A stretch of DNA of 64,000 bases from Polyangiaceae bacterium (lineage in GTDB: Bacteria > Myxococcota_A > Polyangia > Polyangiales > Polyangiaceae). Numbering within the stretch: position 1 is the stretch's first letter; every line of letters begins with the position of its first letter. This document shows, piece after piece, positions 38,763 through 48,909 of the stretch. The DNA lies in NCBI GenBank assembly GCA_965222375.1, contig CBDCTZ010000016.1, positions 1,408,001 to 1,472,000 of the forward strand. The letters are read 5' to 3'. Under the pieces are notes generated by a model. That model was given only the letters and a program-made list of their open reading frames with translations, was not told the origin of the DNA and ran no database searches. A program made the position numbers and the translations under genes.

Positions 38763-39646
38763 AGGCTGCCCCCCAGGCTGACGCCCGTTGGCGCGAGGGT
38801 GAGATTCAAGGCACTCGACTTCTCCGCGGAGGAGCCACCGCTCAGCAGCACCCAGGTGAGCCCGCCGGCAACGACGACGCCCCCTGCGATCATCGCAATG
38901 TTGCCCACGGTCGTGAAGGTGTCCCCCGTCTTGCGTGAGTCGTCTGCGGCCTGGCCTGTTTCCGCGCCTCGAGCGTCGTCATACTTGCCGCGTGACAGCA
39001 CCCCAAATATCGCGCCCGTTGCAACTGCAGCGGTGCCGACTCCCACGACCAGCCAAGGCGCGATGCTGCCCGAGGGCTCCACGGCTGCTGCGGACGTGCC
39101 CTTGCCCTTCCCTGGAGGCGCTGGGCGACGTAACTCTGCGATCTTCGCCTCGATCTGTCCGCGATCGCCGGCGTCGGGCGCTAGCTCCAAGTAGCGCTGG
39201 TACTTCGTGATCGCTTCCTTGCGCTTGCCCGCGCTTTCTGCGCGCTCCGCGGCTAGGCGCGCTGCGGTTGCTTTCTGGCTCTCGCGTTCGCGCAACTGCT
39301 TCTCCAGCACCGTGATGCGCCCAGCCACGACGTCTCGGTTGCTGGCCTGTGGATCCTTGTCCAGATACTCGCGATAACCGTCAATCGCCTTCTGCCAGTT
39401 CCCCAACCCCTCCTCCGCCTTCGCGATGTTGTACAGCAAGCGAGGATCTTGCTTGATCGCATATGCCTCTTTGAGCAGCTTGATGGACTCCTGGAGCTGC
39501 CCATCGCCATAGGCCGCAGTGGCCTCCTTCACCAACTGGCTAAAGCGGGCCTTGTCTGCCTTGCTGTTCTGGCCCAGGGCGGGGGCACTGACACAAACGC
39601 CGGCAAGAGCCACAGCGGCAACAAGAGGACCGAGACGGTCAAGCAT
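38759..39646 (-). CDS. Secreted TPR protein with C-terminal hydrophobic hairpin
   Basis: Signal peptide; LLYNIAKAEEGLGNWQKAIDGYREYL TPR; terminal GVSLGGSL. Confidence 0.82.
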   Translation of the reverse strand: MLDRLGPLVAAVALAGVCVSAPALGQNSKADKARFSQLVKEATAAYGDGQLQESIKLLKEAYAIKQDPRLLYNIAKAEEGLGNWQKAIDGYREYLDKDPQASNRDVVAGRITVLEKQLRERESQKATAARLAAERAESAGKRKEAITKYQRYLELAPDAGDRGQIEAKIAELRRPAPPGKGKGTSAAAVEPSGSIAPWLVVGVGTAAVATGAIFGVLSRGKYDDARGAETGQAADDSRKTGDTFTTVGNIAMIAGGVVVAGGLTWVLLSGGSSAEKSSALNLTLAPTGVSLGGSL

Positions 39647-39758
39647 GGCCCGCAAGTCTAGCGCATCAAGTTCGAGCGCAAAGCCTGGTTTTCTACGCCA
39701 TGAGGACGGGGCGAAAAGAACGCTGCCATGCGAAGGGAGCCGCCCCTGACCAAGTCGC

Positions 39759-41345
39759 TCAGAACAACGGGACTTCGTCGGATGGTTTCGGCTTGTCCGG
39801 CTTGGCGCGTGGCGACTTACTCCTGGGCAGAGGCACGAGCGCCAAATCGAAGCTGCGCGCTTGATCCGGAATCACGCTCCTTTCGAGAGGCTCGAAGCCG
39901 CGGTATTCGATCTTCAAATCCCGCGCGGAATCCGACCGGTCGACACTGAGCGACAGAGGCGTCTCTCCCTGCTTCTTGCCGTCTAAGAAGACGGCTGCGC
40001 CACTGGGTCGCGATGCGATGCTGAGCACGATCTGCTCAACCTGCTTGGGCAGGTTAGAAGCTGCGGGTGGGCTCGATGCTGCTGGCGGCGCCGCCGCGAT
40101 GGTTGGGGCGGACGAAGGCGTCGCCCCAGCGGTTTCACTGGAAAGCGCCGGCGCGCTCTGCAGACGGGCAAACACGAAGTAGGTGGCCCCAGCCAGGACT
40201 GCGAGCGTGAGCATCGCTGCCAAAACGCGCCCGGTTTTTCCGCGCGGCGTCTCTGGCTCTGCTGCTTCGGCCGTGCGCGAGACCCGCTTGGAGCTGACCC
40301 ATTCGGTGACATCCGGAAGCTCCACGCCGGAATCGGCATCGTTGGCTGGGATGTGCGTGGGCTCGCCCCCGGAGCCGACGCGCCGCAACATCTCTTCCTT
40401 CTCCGTAATACGGTCGTGAAAGGCGTTCTGCATGAGGCGCGCAACGGATTCTGCCGGTTCGTCTCCCGCACCCAACTCGCGAGCGGCAGCAAGCAAGTCT
40501 CGGCGCATCTCGGCGGCCGTCTGGTACCGTTCGTCGGGCTTCCGAGCCAACGCTTTGAATACGATGCGCTTGAGCTGCTCTGGGTAGCCGTCGATGACCT
40601 GGCTCGGCTCCACAAGAGGTAGCTCGCAGATCGCCTTGAAGGTCATCAACTGGTTTTCACGTTTGAATAGTCGCCGATTGGTCGTCAGCTCGAACAGCAC
40701 CACGCCGAGGGAGAAGATGTCCGAGCGTCGGTCCAGGGGCTTGCCCAGGCATTGCTCAGGCGACATGTATTGAAACTTGCCCTTGAGTTCGCCCACCGCG
40801 GTTTCCGAGCTGCGGTCCGACGCCTTGGCTATGCCGAAATCCAGGAGCCGCACGCCACCGCCGTAGAGCACGAAGACGTTTTGGGGTGATACGTCTCGGT
40901 GAACCAAGTCGAGGGGGAAGCCTTCGGCGTCCTTGAGCTCATGGGCTGCGTGCAGCCCCGCGCAGGCTTCGGCCACCAAGTACGCCGCGAGGGCGTAGGG
41001 CACGAATTCGCCCTTGCCCACGAAGCGCCGCAGGATGCCCGCGACGCTTTCGCCCTCGAGATACTCCATGACCAAGAAGAGCTCGCCGTCCGCCTCCCCC
41101 AGCTCGTGCACCTGCACGACGTTCTGGTGGCGAATGCGGGCAACGAGGCGAGCCTCGTCCAAGAACATGGTGGAGAACTCGGAAGTGTGCGCGAGGTGGG
41201 GCAAGATGCGTTTGACGACTACCGGGCGCTCGAAGCCGCTGGGGCCCGTCAACCGCCCGAGCAGGATCTCTGCCATGCCGCCCTTGGCCAACCGCCCCAC
41301 GACTTCATAGCGGCCGATTCGCTCTGGAAGTGGCGGTAGAGCCAT
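39759..41345 (-). CDS. Membrane Ser/Thr kinase with C-terminal PEGA domain
   Basis: HRDVSPQN, DFG, YMSPE; TM helix; SRPSGAAVFLDGKKQGETP. Confidence 0.95.
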   Translation of the reverse strand: MALPPLPERIGRYEVVGRLAKGGMAEILLGRLTGPSGFERPVVVKRILPHLAHTSEFSTMFLDEARLVARIRHQNVVQVHELGEADGELFLVMEYLEGESVAGILRRFVGKGEFVPYALAAYLVAEACAGLHAAHELKDAEGFPLDLVHRDVSPQNVFVLYGGGVRLLDFGIAKASDRSSETAVGELKGKFQYMSPEQCLGKPLDRRSDIFSLGVVLFELTTNRRLFKRENQLMTFKAICELPLVEPSQVIDGYPEQLKRIVFKALARKPDERYQTAAEMRRDLLAAARELGAGDEPAESVARLMQNAFHDRITEKEEMLRRVGSGGEPTHIPANDADSGVELPDVTEWVSSKRVSRTAEAAEPETPRGKTGRVLAAMLTLAVLAGATYFVFARLQSAPALSSETAGATPSSAPTIAAAPPAASSPPAASNLPKQVEQIVLSIASRPSGAAVFLDGKKQGETPLSLSVDRSDSARDLKIEYRGFEPLERSVIPDQARSFDLALVPLPRSKSPRAKPDKPKPSDEVPLF

Positions 41346-41429
41346 TAGAGCCAGAGCGTACTCCAGCTCAGTAGGTCGGACAACTCAGCCGAACTACGGC
41401 GCCCCGCGCAACCGTTTAGCGGCTGAGCA

Positions 41430-42770
41430 TCACTTGCGTGTGCGAGCTCGGAGGATCTGGAAATAACGTCTGCCGACTCCGGACGCCCCCGCTGCTAGCG
41501 TGACGTTGCCGCCATGCTCGGCAAGCACGCTCTCGATGTAGCGTCGCTCGTATTCGGCAACGACGCGCAGGCGCCCGAGAGGAAGCGGCGCGCGTTCGCG
41601 AATCATCGCTTCAATCACGTCATAGTCTTGGCCCGGCGCGCTTTCGGCGACGCCCGCGTCCATCGTCAACTCACCGACCGCGAAGTAGCGCGCGATCGCA
41701 TTGCGAAGTGCCCGCACATTTCCAGGCCACGAGTCCGCTTCCCATCGAGCGAGGGCTGCTGCCGGCGGCGCCCCCGATGCCCCAAGTTCGCGCCAGAAAT
41801 GAGTCGCCAACACGCGAACGTCTCCTTCGCGTTCACGCAGCGGCGGCAGCGCGATTCGGCCCACGGCGAGGCGATAGAAGAGGTCGTCGCGGAAGCGCCC
41901 CTCTTGAACCTCGTGATCCAAGTCCCGCCTCGTGGCGGCGATGATTCGCACATCGACCTTGAGGGACTGCTCGGAGCCGATGCGCCTGATCTCCGAAGAC
42001 TCCAAGGCACGTAGCAGTTTTGGTTGGAGCGCCAGATCGAGGTCACCAATTTCGTCGATCAGCAGAGTGCCGCCGTGAGCCAGCTCGAACACGCCGCGGC
42101 GGGGACCGACGGCGCCGGTGAACGCTCCCTTCTCGTGCCCAAACAGCTCCGACTCGACGAGGTTTGGTGGCACCGCCGTGCAGTCGAAGACGACGTAGGG
42201 GCCCTTGGCCCGAGCGCTGTTTTCGTGAATCGCTTCAGACAGCACCTCTTTGCCAGTTCCAGTCTCTCCTTCGATTACGATGGGGATCGGGGATCGTGCC
42301 AGTCGGGTGACCAGGGGGTACAGCCTGCGCAGGGCGGGGCTCGAACCGATGAAGCGCCCGAAGCCCGTCGCTTCCGGCGGGGGAGATGCTTCGGTGAGGC
42401 GCCGCTCCAGGCGAAGGGTCGTGGACCCGATGCGAACCGTTTCGCCCGGTGAGACGAAGGCCTCGACCACGTTGATGTTCTCCACGAAGGTGCCGTTCGT
42501 CGAGCCGAGGTCCCGTAGCCGTACCCGGGCTCCAGAGATTTCGAAGGACGCGTGCCGGCGTGAAGCGTGGCGATCCGTCAAGCGTAGCGCACACGCCGGT
42601 CCCTGGCCGACCAGGACTGCGGAGGGTTGGGCCGCGCTGATTTCCGCGCGCGCTCCCGCATCCGGCCCCTCGACCACGGCCAATTCGAAGGCAGCGTTCG
42701 GCCCTCCGACGTACTGGTTTTCCGCGCGTATGGCCGTTGCGGCGTCGTCGAAATCTGACGCGTCAGACAC
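41430..42770 (-). CDS. FHA-domain sigma54-dependent transcriptional activator
   Basis: SRRH...DLGSTNGT FHA; GETGTGKE, ESELFGH, GAFTGA, WPGNVR. Confidence 0.95.
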   Translation of the reverse strand: MSDASDFDDAATAIRAENQYVGGPNAAFELAVVEGPDAGARAEISAAQPSAVLVGQGPACALRLTDRHASRRHASFEISGARVRLRDLGSTNGTFVENINVVEAFVSPGETVRIGSTTLRLERRLTEASPPPEATGFGRFIGSSPALRRLYPLVTRLARSPIPIVIEGETGTGKEVLSEAIHENSARAKGPYVVFDCTAVPPNLVESELFGHEKGAFTGAVGPRRGVFELAHGGTLLIDEIGDLDLALQPKLLRALESSEIRRIGSEQSLKVDVRIIAATRRDLDHEVQEGRFRDDLFYRLAVGRIALPPLREREGDVRVLATHFWRELGASGAPPAAALARWEADSWPGNVRALRNAIARYFAVGELTMDAGVAESAPGQDYDVIEAMIRERAPLPLGRLRVVAEYERRYIESVLAEHGGNVTLAAGASGVGRRYFQILRARTRK

Positions 42771-42843
42771 AGCCGCAGGCTAGCACAGCATTACGGGATT
42801 TCGGGCCAGGGCTGCCGCACCCAGCCAGGCTATGATGCCGGCC

Positions 42844-43485
42844 ATGGACGCGACGCTGAGCGCTTTGGCGCAAGCCCGCTGTTCCGCCATCTTGCGGACG
42901 GACAGCGAGGAGGTCGCTCGCGAAGCCATGAACGCGGCAGTGCGCGGTGGGTTTTCGGTCGTGGAGTTCACGCTGACGACGCCAGGTGCCTTCGGGCTGA
43001 TCGAGGAGTTCGCGTCGCGTCCTGAGCTTGTCGTAGGCGCGGGCACGGTGCTCGAAGCCGAGCAAGCGCGATCAGCTGTGGCGGCAGGCGCCCGTTTCTT
43101 GGTTTCGCCCGTTGCGGATCCCGCGATCATCCGACTCAGCTTGGAGCTGGGCGCCGTCGCGATCCCCGGAACGAGCACGCCGACGGAAATGCTGGCCGCT
43201 TGGCGCGCGGGCGCGCAAGTGCTCAAGCTGTTTCCCGCCGCCGAAAAGGGGCCCGGCTTCGTTCGCGCTTGCTTGGGCCCCATGCCGTTCTTGCGCATCT
43301 TTCCAACCTCCGGGGTCACCGCGGACAACGCCGCGGAGTTCTTGGCGGCGGGGGCGTTTGGCCTCGGCTTCGTCGGCCCCCTTTTCGATCCGAGCCTGTT
43401 GCGCGACCGCAGCTACGGCGGGATCGAAGCGCGGGCCAAGTCACTGCTCGAGATCGTACGCACCGCGCCGACTTCCAGGACGTGA
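42844..43485 (+). CDS. eda: KDPG/KHG aldolase
   Basis: AILR, VEFTLTTP, VGAGTV, FLVSP, TPTE, KLFP, PTSGV. Confidence 0.88.
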   Translation: MDATLSALAQARCSAILRTDSEEVAREAMNAAVRGGFSVVEFTLTTPGAFGLIEEFASRPELVVGAGTVLEAEQARSAVAAGARFLVSPVADPAIIRLSLELGAVAIPGTSTPTEMLAAWRAGAQVLKLFPAAEKGPGFVRACLGPMPFLRIFPTSGVTADNAAEFLAAGAFGLGFVGPLFDPSLLRDRSYGGIEARAKSLLEIVRTAPTSRT

Positions 43486-43490
43486 TAAGC

Positions 43491-44474
43491 ATGGCCCTAG
43501 CCATGACGACGGTTGTGACCGGAGCCACGGGCCTTGTAGGCAACGCGATCGTGCGGTCCCTTCGCGCTCGAAACCGATCGGTTCGTGTCCTTGCTCGCTC
43601 CGTGGAAAAGGCGAAGCGCGTCGTGCCCGAGGAAGTGGACGTGGTCGCGGGCGACGTCACGGATCCGTCTAGTTTGCGCCGCGCCTTTGCCGGCGCTGAG
43701 GTGGTGTATCACGCCGCGGGCCTGCCGGAGCAGTGGCTCTCGGATCCAAGCACCTTTGATCGAGTCAACGTGGGAGGGACGGAGAACGCCATCGAAGCGG
43801 CCCGCTCGCTTGGCATACGTCGCTTCGTCTACACCAGCACCATCGACGTCTTTCGCGCTGGGACGGGTGAGGAATACGACGAGAGCGAGATCGACGATCA
43901 ACCCAAAGGGACCTACTACGAGCGCAGCAAGCAAGAAGCCGATCGCGTCGTCACCCGGGCTGAGCAGCGTGGCCTCGACGTCGTGTTCTTGCATCCTTCT
44001 GCTGTGTATGGCCCGGGTCCAGCGGGCTCTCCTGGCGTCAACGACTTCGCGCACAAGCTCCTCGCGGGTGAAGCGCCAGCGCTGCTGCCCGGGGGAATGC
44101 CCGTCGTGTTCAGTGATGATGTGGGGGAAGGTCATGTGCGTGCAGAGGAGCGCGCCGACAGTGGCGCGCGCTTCATCTTGAGCGAGCGCTACGTGACCCT
44201 GCGTGAGTTGGCGCGCTTCGTTCTGGACGCCGCCGGCTCGGATGCGCGCTTGCCCTTCATCATTCCGCTGTGGACCGCGCGGCTGGTGTCAAGCGCCACG
44301 GAAGCGTGGGCTCGACGCTCCGGTCGCCCACCCCTGGTCCCCCAAGGCCAATTGACCTTCTTGCAGTGGCAAGCTCGACCCAAATCTGCCCGTGCTCAAA
44401 AGGAACTGGAGCTCGAGTTCGTTCCCCTGGACGAGGGGCTGCGGCGGCTGTTGGCGATGAGTGCATCGCGCTGA
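43491..44474 (+). CDS. NAD-dependent epimerase/dehydratase (dihydroflavonol reductase-like)
   Basis: VTGATGLVG, HAAG, YERSK (YxxxK), VYGPG. Confidence 0.9.
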   Translation: MALAMTTVVTGATGLVGNAIVRSLRARNRSVRVLARSVEKAKRVVPEEVDVVAGDVTDPSSLRRAFAGAEVVYHAAGLPEQWLSDPSTFDRVNVGGTENAIEAARSLGIRRFVYTSTIDVFRAGTGEEYDESEIDDQPKGTYYERSKQEADRVVTRAEQRGLDVVFLHPSAVYGPGPAGSPGVNDFAHKLLAGEAPALLPGGMPVVFSDDVGEGHVRAEERADSGARFILSERYVTLRELARFVLDAAGSDARLPFIIPLWTARLVSSATEAWARRSGRPPLVPQGQLTFLQWQARPKSARAQKELELEFVPLDEGLRRLLAMSASR

Positions 44475-44695
44475 GTAGGCAATTGCCTGGCAGGAATCGA
44501 GCCCCGAGCCTCGCTGTGATGGGTTGGGTTTGGGGTCGCATCCCTGGGCCGACCTGGGCCACTACTCTCGAGTTTCGCCCCGCTTTGGCGCTCCACTGGC
44601 GCGCGAACGCTACGCTCAGGCGCTCAGCTCCGGCCCGGGTGAAGGCGCCGATGACGTCTGAGCCGGCACATCCAACCAAAAACCAATCTGAACGG

Positions 44696-45670
44696 TTAGA
44701 AGGAAACGCCGACCATGCCGCGGAAGGCAGGGCCACGTGCGGCGAAGGAGCCGAGGTTGACGTTTGCGACGCGCTGGGGCGCTGCGCCGTCGTCCTCTTC
44801 GGCTGCGAAGTCCAAGTCCAGAGCGGAGCTCCAGCCGTAGCCGCCTTCTGCGGCGACCCAGATACGCAGCTCCCCGCTGCCCTTGGAGGCGTCTAGAAGC
44901 TCGAAGGCGGCGCCCGCGAAGCCATCGACTGCGATGAGCCAGTTGTTGGCGAAGAGGGTCGTGCCCGTCGAGCCTTCCTCGAGGCGCGCGGCCGCGCGAA
45001 GGGGGCCTGCACTGGGTCGGGCGTAGACGTAAAGCTCCGGGAGCAGGTGCAGTCGCACCTCGGGCCCGAGGGTGACTCTGTGCAACGCGAGGCGCGTGGC
45101 TTCTCCCCGGGCCGAACCTGTTTCCGTGCTGCCGTCGTAGTACAGCATCCCCGCGATGCTCACATCACCTTGGGTGTACACGGTGCGGCCAAAGCCCAGC
45201 GAGCCCTGTCCCATGAAGTCCTTGTCGGCGAAGGGGTCGTAGCCGGTGTTGCCGACGAATGCCCCACGCAAACCAGCAAAGGCTTGCCAACCCGGGTACG
45301 GCGACTTGGGGCCCCGGGGCTTGTCTTCGACTTGGTCGGCCTGCGCTGGCGCCGCCTGGGGATAGGACGTGGCGCCATAACCGAGTTGAACGCCGGCACC
45401 GGGCGCGGGTTGTGTCGTCGGAGCAGGCGCCGGCGCTGCGGGCGGCGCTGTGGGCTCGCCTGCGGACTCGGCTGTGCCCGCGGTGGCCTCGGCGGCTTCG
45501 CCTTCAGCTGCGGGTGCCGTGTCCGCGTCCGGCGTCTTGTCGGCCTTGTCGGGTTGCTCCGGCGCTGCGGGCGCAGGTTTCTTTGGCGCCTTGGCTTCGG
45601 GTGCTTTGGCTTGAGCGAAGGCCACGCTCGTGAGCAACAGAGAAGACGACACTAAGAGTAAGGCGCGCAT
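44696..45670 (-). CDS. Probable outer-membrane beta-barrel protein
   Basis: Signal peptide, Pro/Ala linker, amphipathic strands, C-terminal ...GMVGVSF. Confidence 0.65.
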   Translation of the reverse strand: MRALLLVSSSLLLTSVAFAQAKAPEAKAPKKPAPAAPEQPDKADKTPDADTAPAAEGEAAEATAGTAESAGEPTAPPAAPAPAPTTQPAPGAGVQLGYGATSYPQAAPAQADQVEDKPRGPKSPYPGWQAFAGLRGAFVGNTGYDPFADKDFMGQGSLGFGRTVYTQGDVSIAGMLYYDGSTETGSARGEATRLALHRVTLGPEVRLHLLPELYVYARPSAGPLRAAARLEEGSTGTTLFANNWLIAVDGFAGAAFELLDASKGSGELRIWVAAEGGYGWSSALDLDFAAEEDDGAAPQRVANVNLGSFAARGPAFRGMVGVSF

Positions 45671-47274
45671 TATCGTAGCCCTCCGAAGATCAAGCCGGGG
45701 AAGAAGCGACTCTTGGCCGTGTCCGGATCAAGAGCGTCGAGCACCGTCGCGCCCAGCGATGTGAAGCTGCCTCGATCGACGACATGAAGCGCGATGACCG
45801 CGCGCCCCGCGTCTCGGCGAGCGACGTCGTAGACCGCAGTAACGTCGCGTTCCACCACGATGCTGGTGGGATGCAGATCCGACAGCGTGATGCTGGCGAA
45901 CTCCGGCGTCCCGGGCTTGAGGGCCCAGGCCCGTTCGCCGTCGGGTGCGACGGAGAGTTGGAATCCGCTTGCGTTGGTCAGCATCGGGAAGCTTTGGCGC
46001 TTGTCTAGGTCGAGTACGTAGAACTCGGGTGCCGACGAACTCTCGAGGATCTTCAAGTGTGCACGGTCCTCACCGGGGACACTCTTGACTTTCGAAACAC
46101 TGATGCCGATCTCGTAGGGGTCGACGCTGCGGAAGGGAGTGCCGCTAGTCTTGCCCAAGGACCAGAAAGCGACGCCAGTGGTGGAGTTGCTCCAGAGCAG
46201 AGCCACGTCACTTTGGATGGGCTTGTTGGTTACGGAGTCCGTGACCCGCGCCATCTTGCTGTAGGCCTTCTTGAAGGCGACGGTTTCCGTTACCGTGGTT
46301 TGGGGATCGACCAGCGTCGCTTGTTGCTTGCTTGGAACCAGGGCCGCGAGGCGAAGTCCGCCATCGGTCTGAACGAACGCGACATCCGTCGGCACGCCGC
46401 CGACGTCTGCGACGTTGACGGTCGGCTTGAAGGGCTTGTCGGGTTCGTCTGCCGGGGCTGGCGAGAGCTCGACCAGCATGACGTTGCTGTCACCGGCCAA
46501 GCGGACGGCAATGCGCGCGTCTGTGGGATCGTCCGGCTCGCCATCATGGAAGTCCACCTGGGCCGGGCTGCCGGGCTTGCCTGTGGAGGTTTGGGGCAAG
46601 ATCAACGTCACTTCATCTCGGTTGGGCTCAGCCAGATCGACCAGGGTGACGTCCTGCTCCGTCTCAACAATCAGCAAGCGTCGAGGCGTGCCGCCAGGGA
46701 CCGAGAGTTCGCTGGTGAAGGTCAGTCGCTTCGGGCGTCCGCCGAAGCTGCGAATGGTCTTGGGCAATGGTTCGGATATCGGGTCCCCGAGCTTCACCAA
46801 GATGAGCTCGTTGGGGTTGACCACCACGCCGCCCGCGTCAAAGACGACGGCCCACTCGCCTTCGGGGTCGATGGCGAGACCCTGAAGTGGATCCGTCAAG
46901 GTGTAGCGAGCCTGCACTTCCGGGGACACACCACCGGAAATGACCGTGAGGCTCGGGAGCTCGTCGTCGGGCTTGCGGCGTGGCTGCACGCCTTTCGATA
47001 AGACGAAGAGCGTTTCGCGATCCGGCGAGGCGTCGGCGCGCACCACGTTCTTTCCGACGCGCAAGGGTGTCGACAGCAGCTCCCGACCACTGGTGACCCC
47101 GAGCATCAACACGCGATCCAACGCCGGATCAACGACGGCTACGGAGCCGGAGAGCCCCACGTGCTCGACCGGTGAGTCCAGCGGTTTGTCCCAATGATCT
47201 GGGCGACCTCCGCATGCCACGCTCAGAGCGCTCAGAGCAACGAACGACAAAGACCAAGCTACACTGCGCATCAA
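45670..47274 (-). CDS. Beta-propeller-like lipoprotein
   Basis: SVAC lipobox; SPD/DPEG..AVV blade-like motifs; overlaps both neighbours. Confidence 0.75.
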   Translation of the reverse strand: MMRSVAWSLSFVALSALSVACGGRPDHWDKPLDSPVEHVGLSGSVAVVDPALDRVLMLGVTSGRELLSTPLRVGKNVVRADASPDRETLFVLSKGVQPRRKPDDELPSLTVISGGVSPEVQARYTLTDPLQGLAIDPEGEWAVVFDAGGVVVNPNELILVKLGDPISEPLPKTIRSFGGRPKRLTFTSELSVPGGTPRRLLIVETEQDVTLVDLAEPNRDEVTLILPQTSTGKPGSPAQVDFHDGEPDDPTDARIAVRLAGDSNVMLVELSPAPADEPDKPFKPTVNVADVGGVPTDVAFVQTDGGLRLAALVPSKQQATLVDPQTTVTETVAFKKAYSKMARVTDSVTNKPIQSDVALLWSNSTTGVAFWSLGKTSGTPFRSVDPYEIGISVSKVKSVPGEDRAHLKILESSSAPEFYVLDLDKRQSFPMLTNASGFQLSVAPDGERAWALKPGTPEFASITLSDLHPTSIVVERDVTAVYDVARRDAGRAVIALHVVDRGSFTSLGATVLDALDPDTAKSRFFPGLIFGGLR

Positions 47275-48908
47275 TCCACCACCTTCGCTCCCAATTCGAA
47301 GCCCGTCAGAGTGCGCGCACTCCCATCGCTCAGATCCACGAATGTGATCCGACCCTCGGGATGCTGCTGCGCTACGTAACCCTTGCCCGCTTTGGCCACG
47401 ATGCCGACCGCTAGGGGAGGGCTGGCCAGAGGAATGAAGTCCACCTGCAGGCTGGGCATGCGCGTCACGTAGACTCCGTACTTCTTCTTCTTGTCGTCCC
47501 GTATGGCAACGAGCCCTCGGCTCGTCGGTGCCGGCTGCAGCGCCACCGCAATGGGCTCGGCGTCCGTGCCAACCACCTTGGGGGAGATCAGCTTGCGGGT
47601 GGCCACGACACTGAAAGCCCCCGCCTTGCTGCTCGAGCTCGGCGGATCCGAAAGAGCCAAGAGGTGCTCGCCGTCCGGCGCGGGAAAGAGGGCCTGGACC
47701 GGGGCTTTCACGGAGACTGTGCGGGCATCCAAGAACGTGGCGCCGGCACGCAGGTCCACGAGGCTCACGTGATCGTTGGGCACCGCGTTGGTGAAGAGGG
47801 CGGCGGTTTCGCCATTGCTCGAAACGGCCACGCTACCTACGGATTCCCCGACCAGCACCAGGGTCTCGCCGGCAGTGGGGCTCGTCGCGGCTTCCGGAAT
47901 CGGAAGCAGATTCAGCTCCGAGTTTTCACGCACCACGGCGAGGGCGTTCTTGCCGTCTGCGGAGAGATCCAGATCTGTGATCGAGCCGGATAGGGTGCGC
48001 GTGGTGCGGACGCTGGTGGTCAAGTCGACGAAGGTGATATCCGGACTGCCGTCACGGCGAACTAGGGCGAGGGTGCCGTCGGGAGTGATGTTCACGTCTC
48101 GGGATGCGGGATCGCTGAGCGGGTCGTCGGTGACTTCAACCAGCTTGCTGACCTCCGGCGAGGCGCTCAGCTCGACCACGCTGATCCCCGGCTCGGTCAC
48201 CGCGAAGGCTCGGTTGCCATCCTCGGAGATGGTCAGGCGCGTCGGGCGATAGCCCACGGTCAGCCTCGTGGATGCGCCGCTGCCTTCTAGCGACAGCACG
48301 GTGATGTCTTGGAAGCCGTCGGTGGGATCCGGCTTTTCGATCTTGCTCGGGTCGGTCCAGGCAATGGCCCAGCGGCCGTCCTTGCTGATGGCCCAGCTGT
48401 TAGCGCCTTGATGAGTGTCGAGGGTGGTGCTCGTGATCGAGTCGTCGCTGGCGACTCGGAACAGTGTGGCGTCGTGGGAAAGCACGTTCAGCACGATGGC
48501 GGCGTTCTTGGATTCGTCGTTGGGATCCGAGACGGCTGCGAGGTAGGTAGGCGCGAAGCCCGCTTCGACGATCGACAGCTCCAGGGAGTTCGCGTCGATC
48601 AAGGCCACGCGTCCGCTATCTGGGTTTGCGCTCCACACGTAGCGACCGGTGGTTACCGGCGCCTTGAAGGAACTCTCGAGCTCCTTTTCGGGGGGTGGGG
48701 GGGCGGCGTCGGGTTTGGCGCCGGCGTCTAGCGCGATCCCGCCGCCTATCGCGCCGGTTCCACCGAATCCACCAACGCCTACGGTGCCGCCGGTTCCAGT
48801 AGATGCGCTCCCACCGCTGTCATCGGATGAGCCGCAGGCACCCAGTGCAACCATCATCGCCAGGGGCGAGGCGAATACCAGAGTCCAAGCACAAGTTCGG
48901 AAGCTCAT
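47271..48908 (-). CDS. YncE/YVTN-like beta-propeller lipoprotein, paralog B
   Basis: LGAC lipobox; colinear similarity to the upstream gene. Confidence 0.8.
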   Translation of the reverse strand: MSFRTCAWTLVFASPLAMMVALGACGSSDDSGGSASTGTGGTVGVGGFGGTGAIGGGIALDAGAKPDAAPPPPEKELESSFKAPVTTGRYVWSANPDSGRVALIDANSLELSIVEAGFAPTYLAAVSDPNDESKNAAIVLNVLSHDATLFRVASDDSITSTTLDTHQGANSWAISKDGRWAIAWTDPSKIEKPDPTDGFQDITVLSLEGSGASTRLTVGYRPTRLTISEDGNRAFAVTEPGISVVELSASPEVSKLVEVTDDPLSDPASRDVNITPDGTLALVRRDGSPDITFVDLTTSVRTTRTLSGSITDLDLSADGKNALAVVRENSELNLLPIPEAATSPTAGETLVLVGESVGSVAVSSNGETAALFTNAVPNDHVSLVDLRAGATFLDARTVSVKAPVQALFPAPDGEHLLALSDPPSSSSKAGAFSVVATRKLISPKVVGTDAEPIAVALQPAPTSRGLVAIRDDKKKKYGVYVTRMPSLQVDFIPLASPPLAVGIVAKAGKGYVAQQHPEGRITFVDLSDGSARTLTGFELGAKVVD

Positions 48909-48909
48909 T

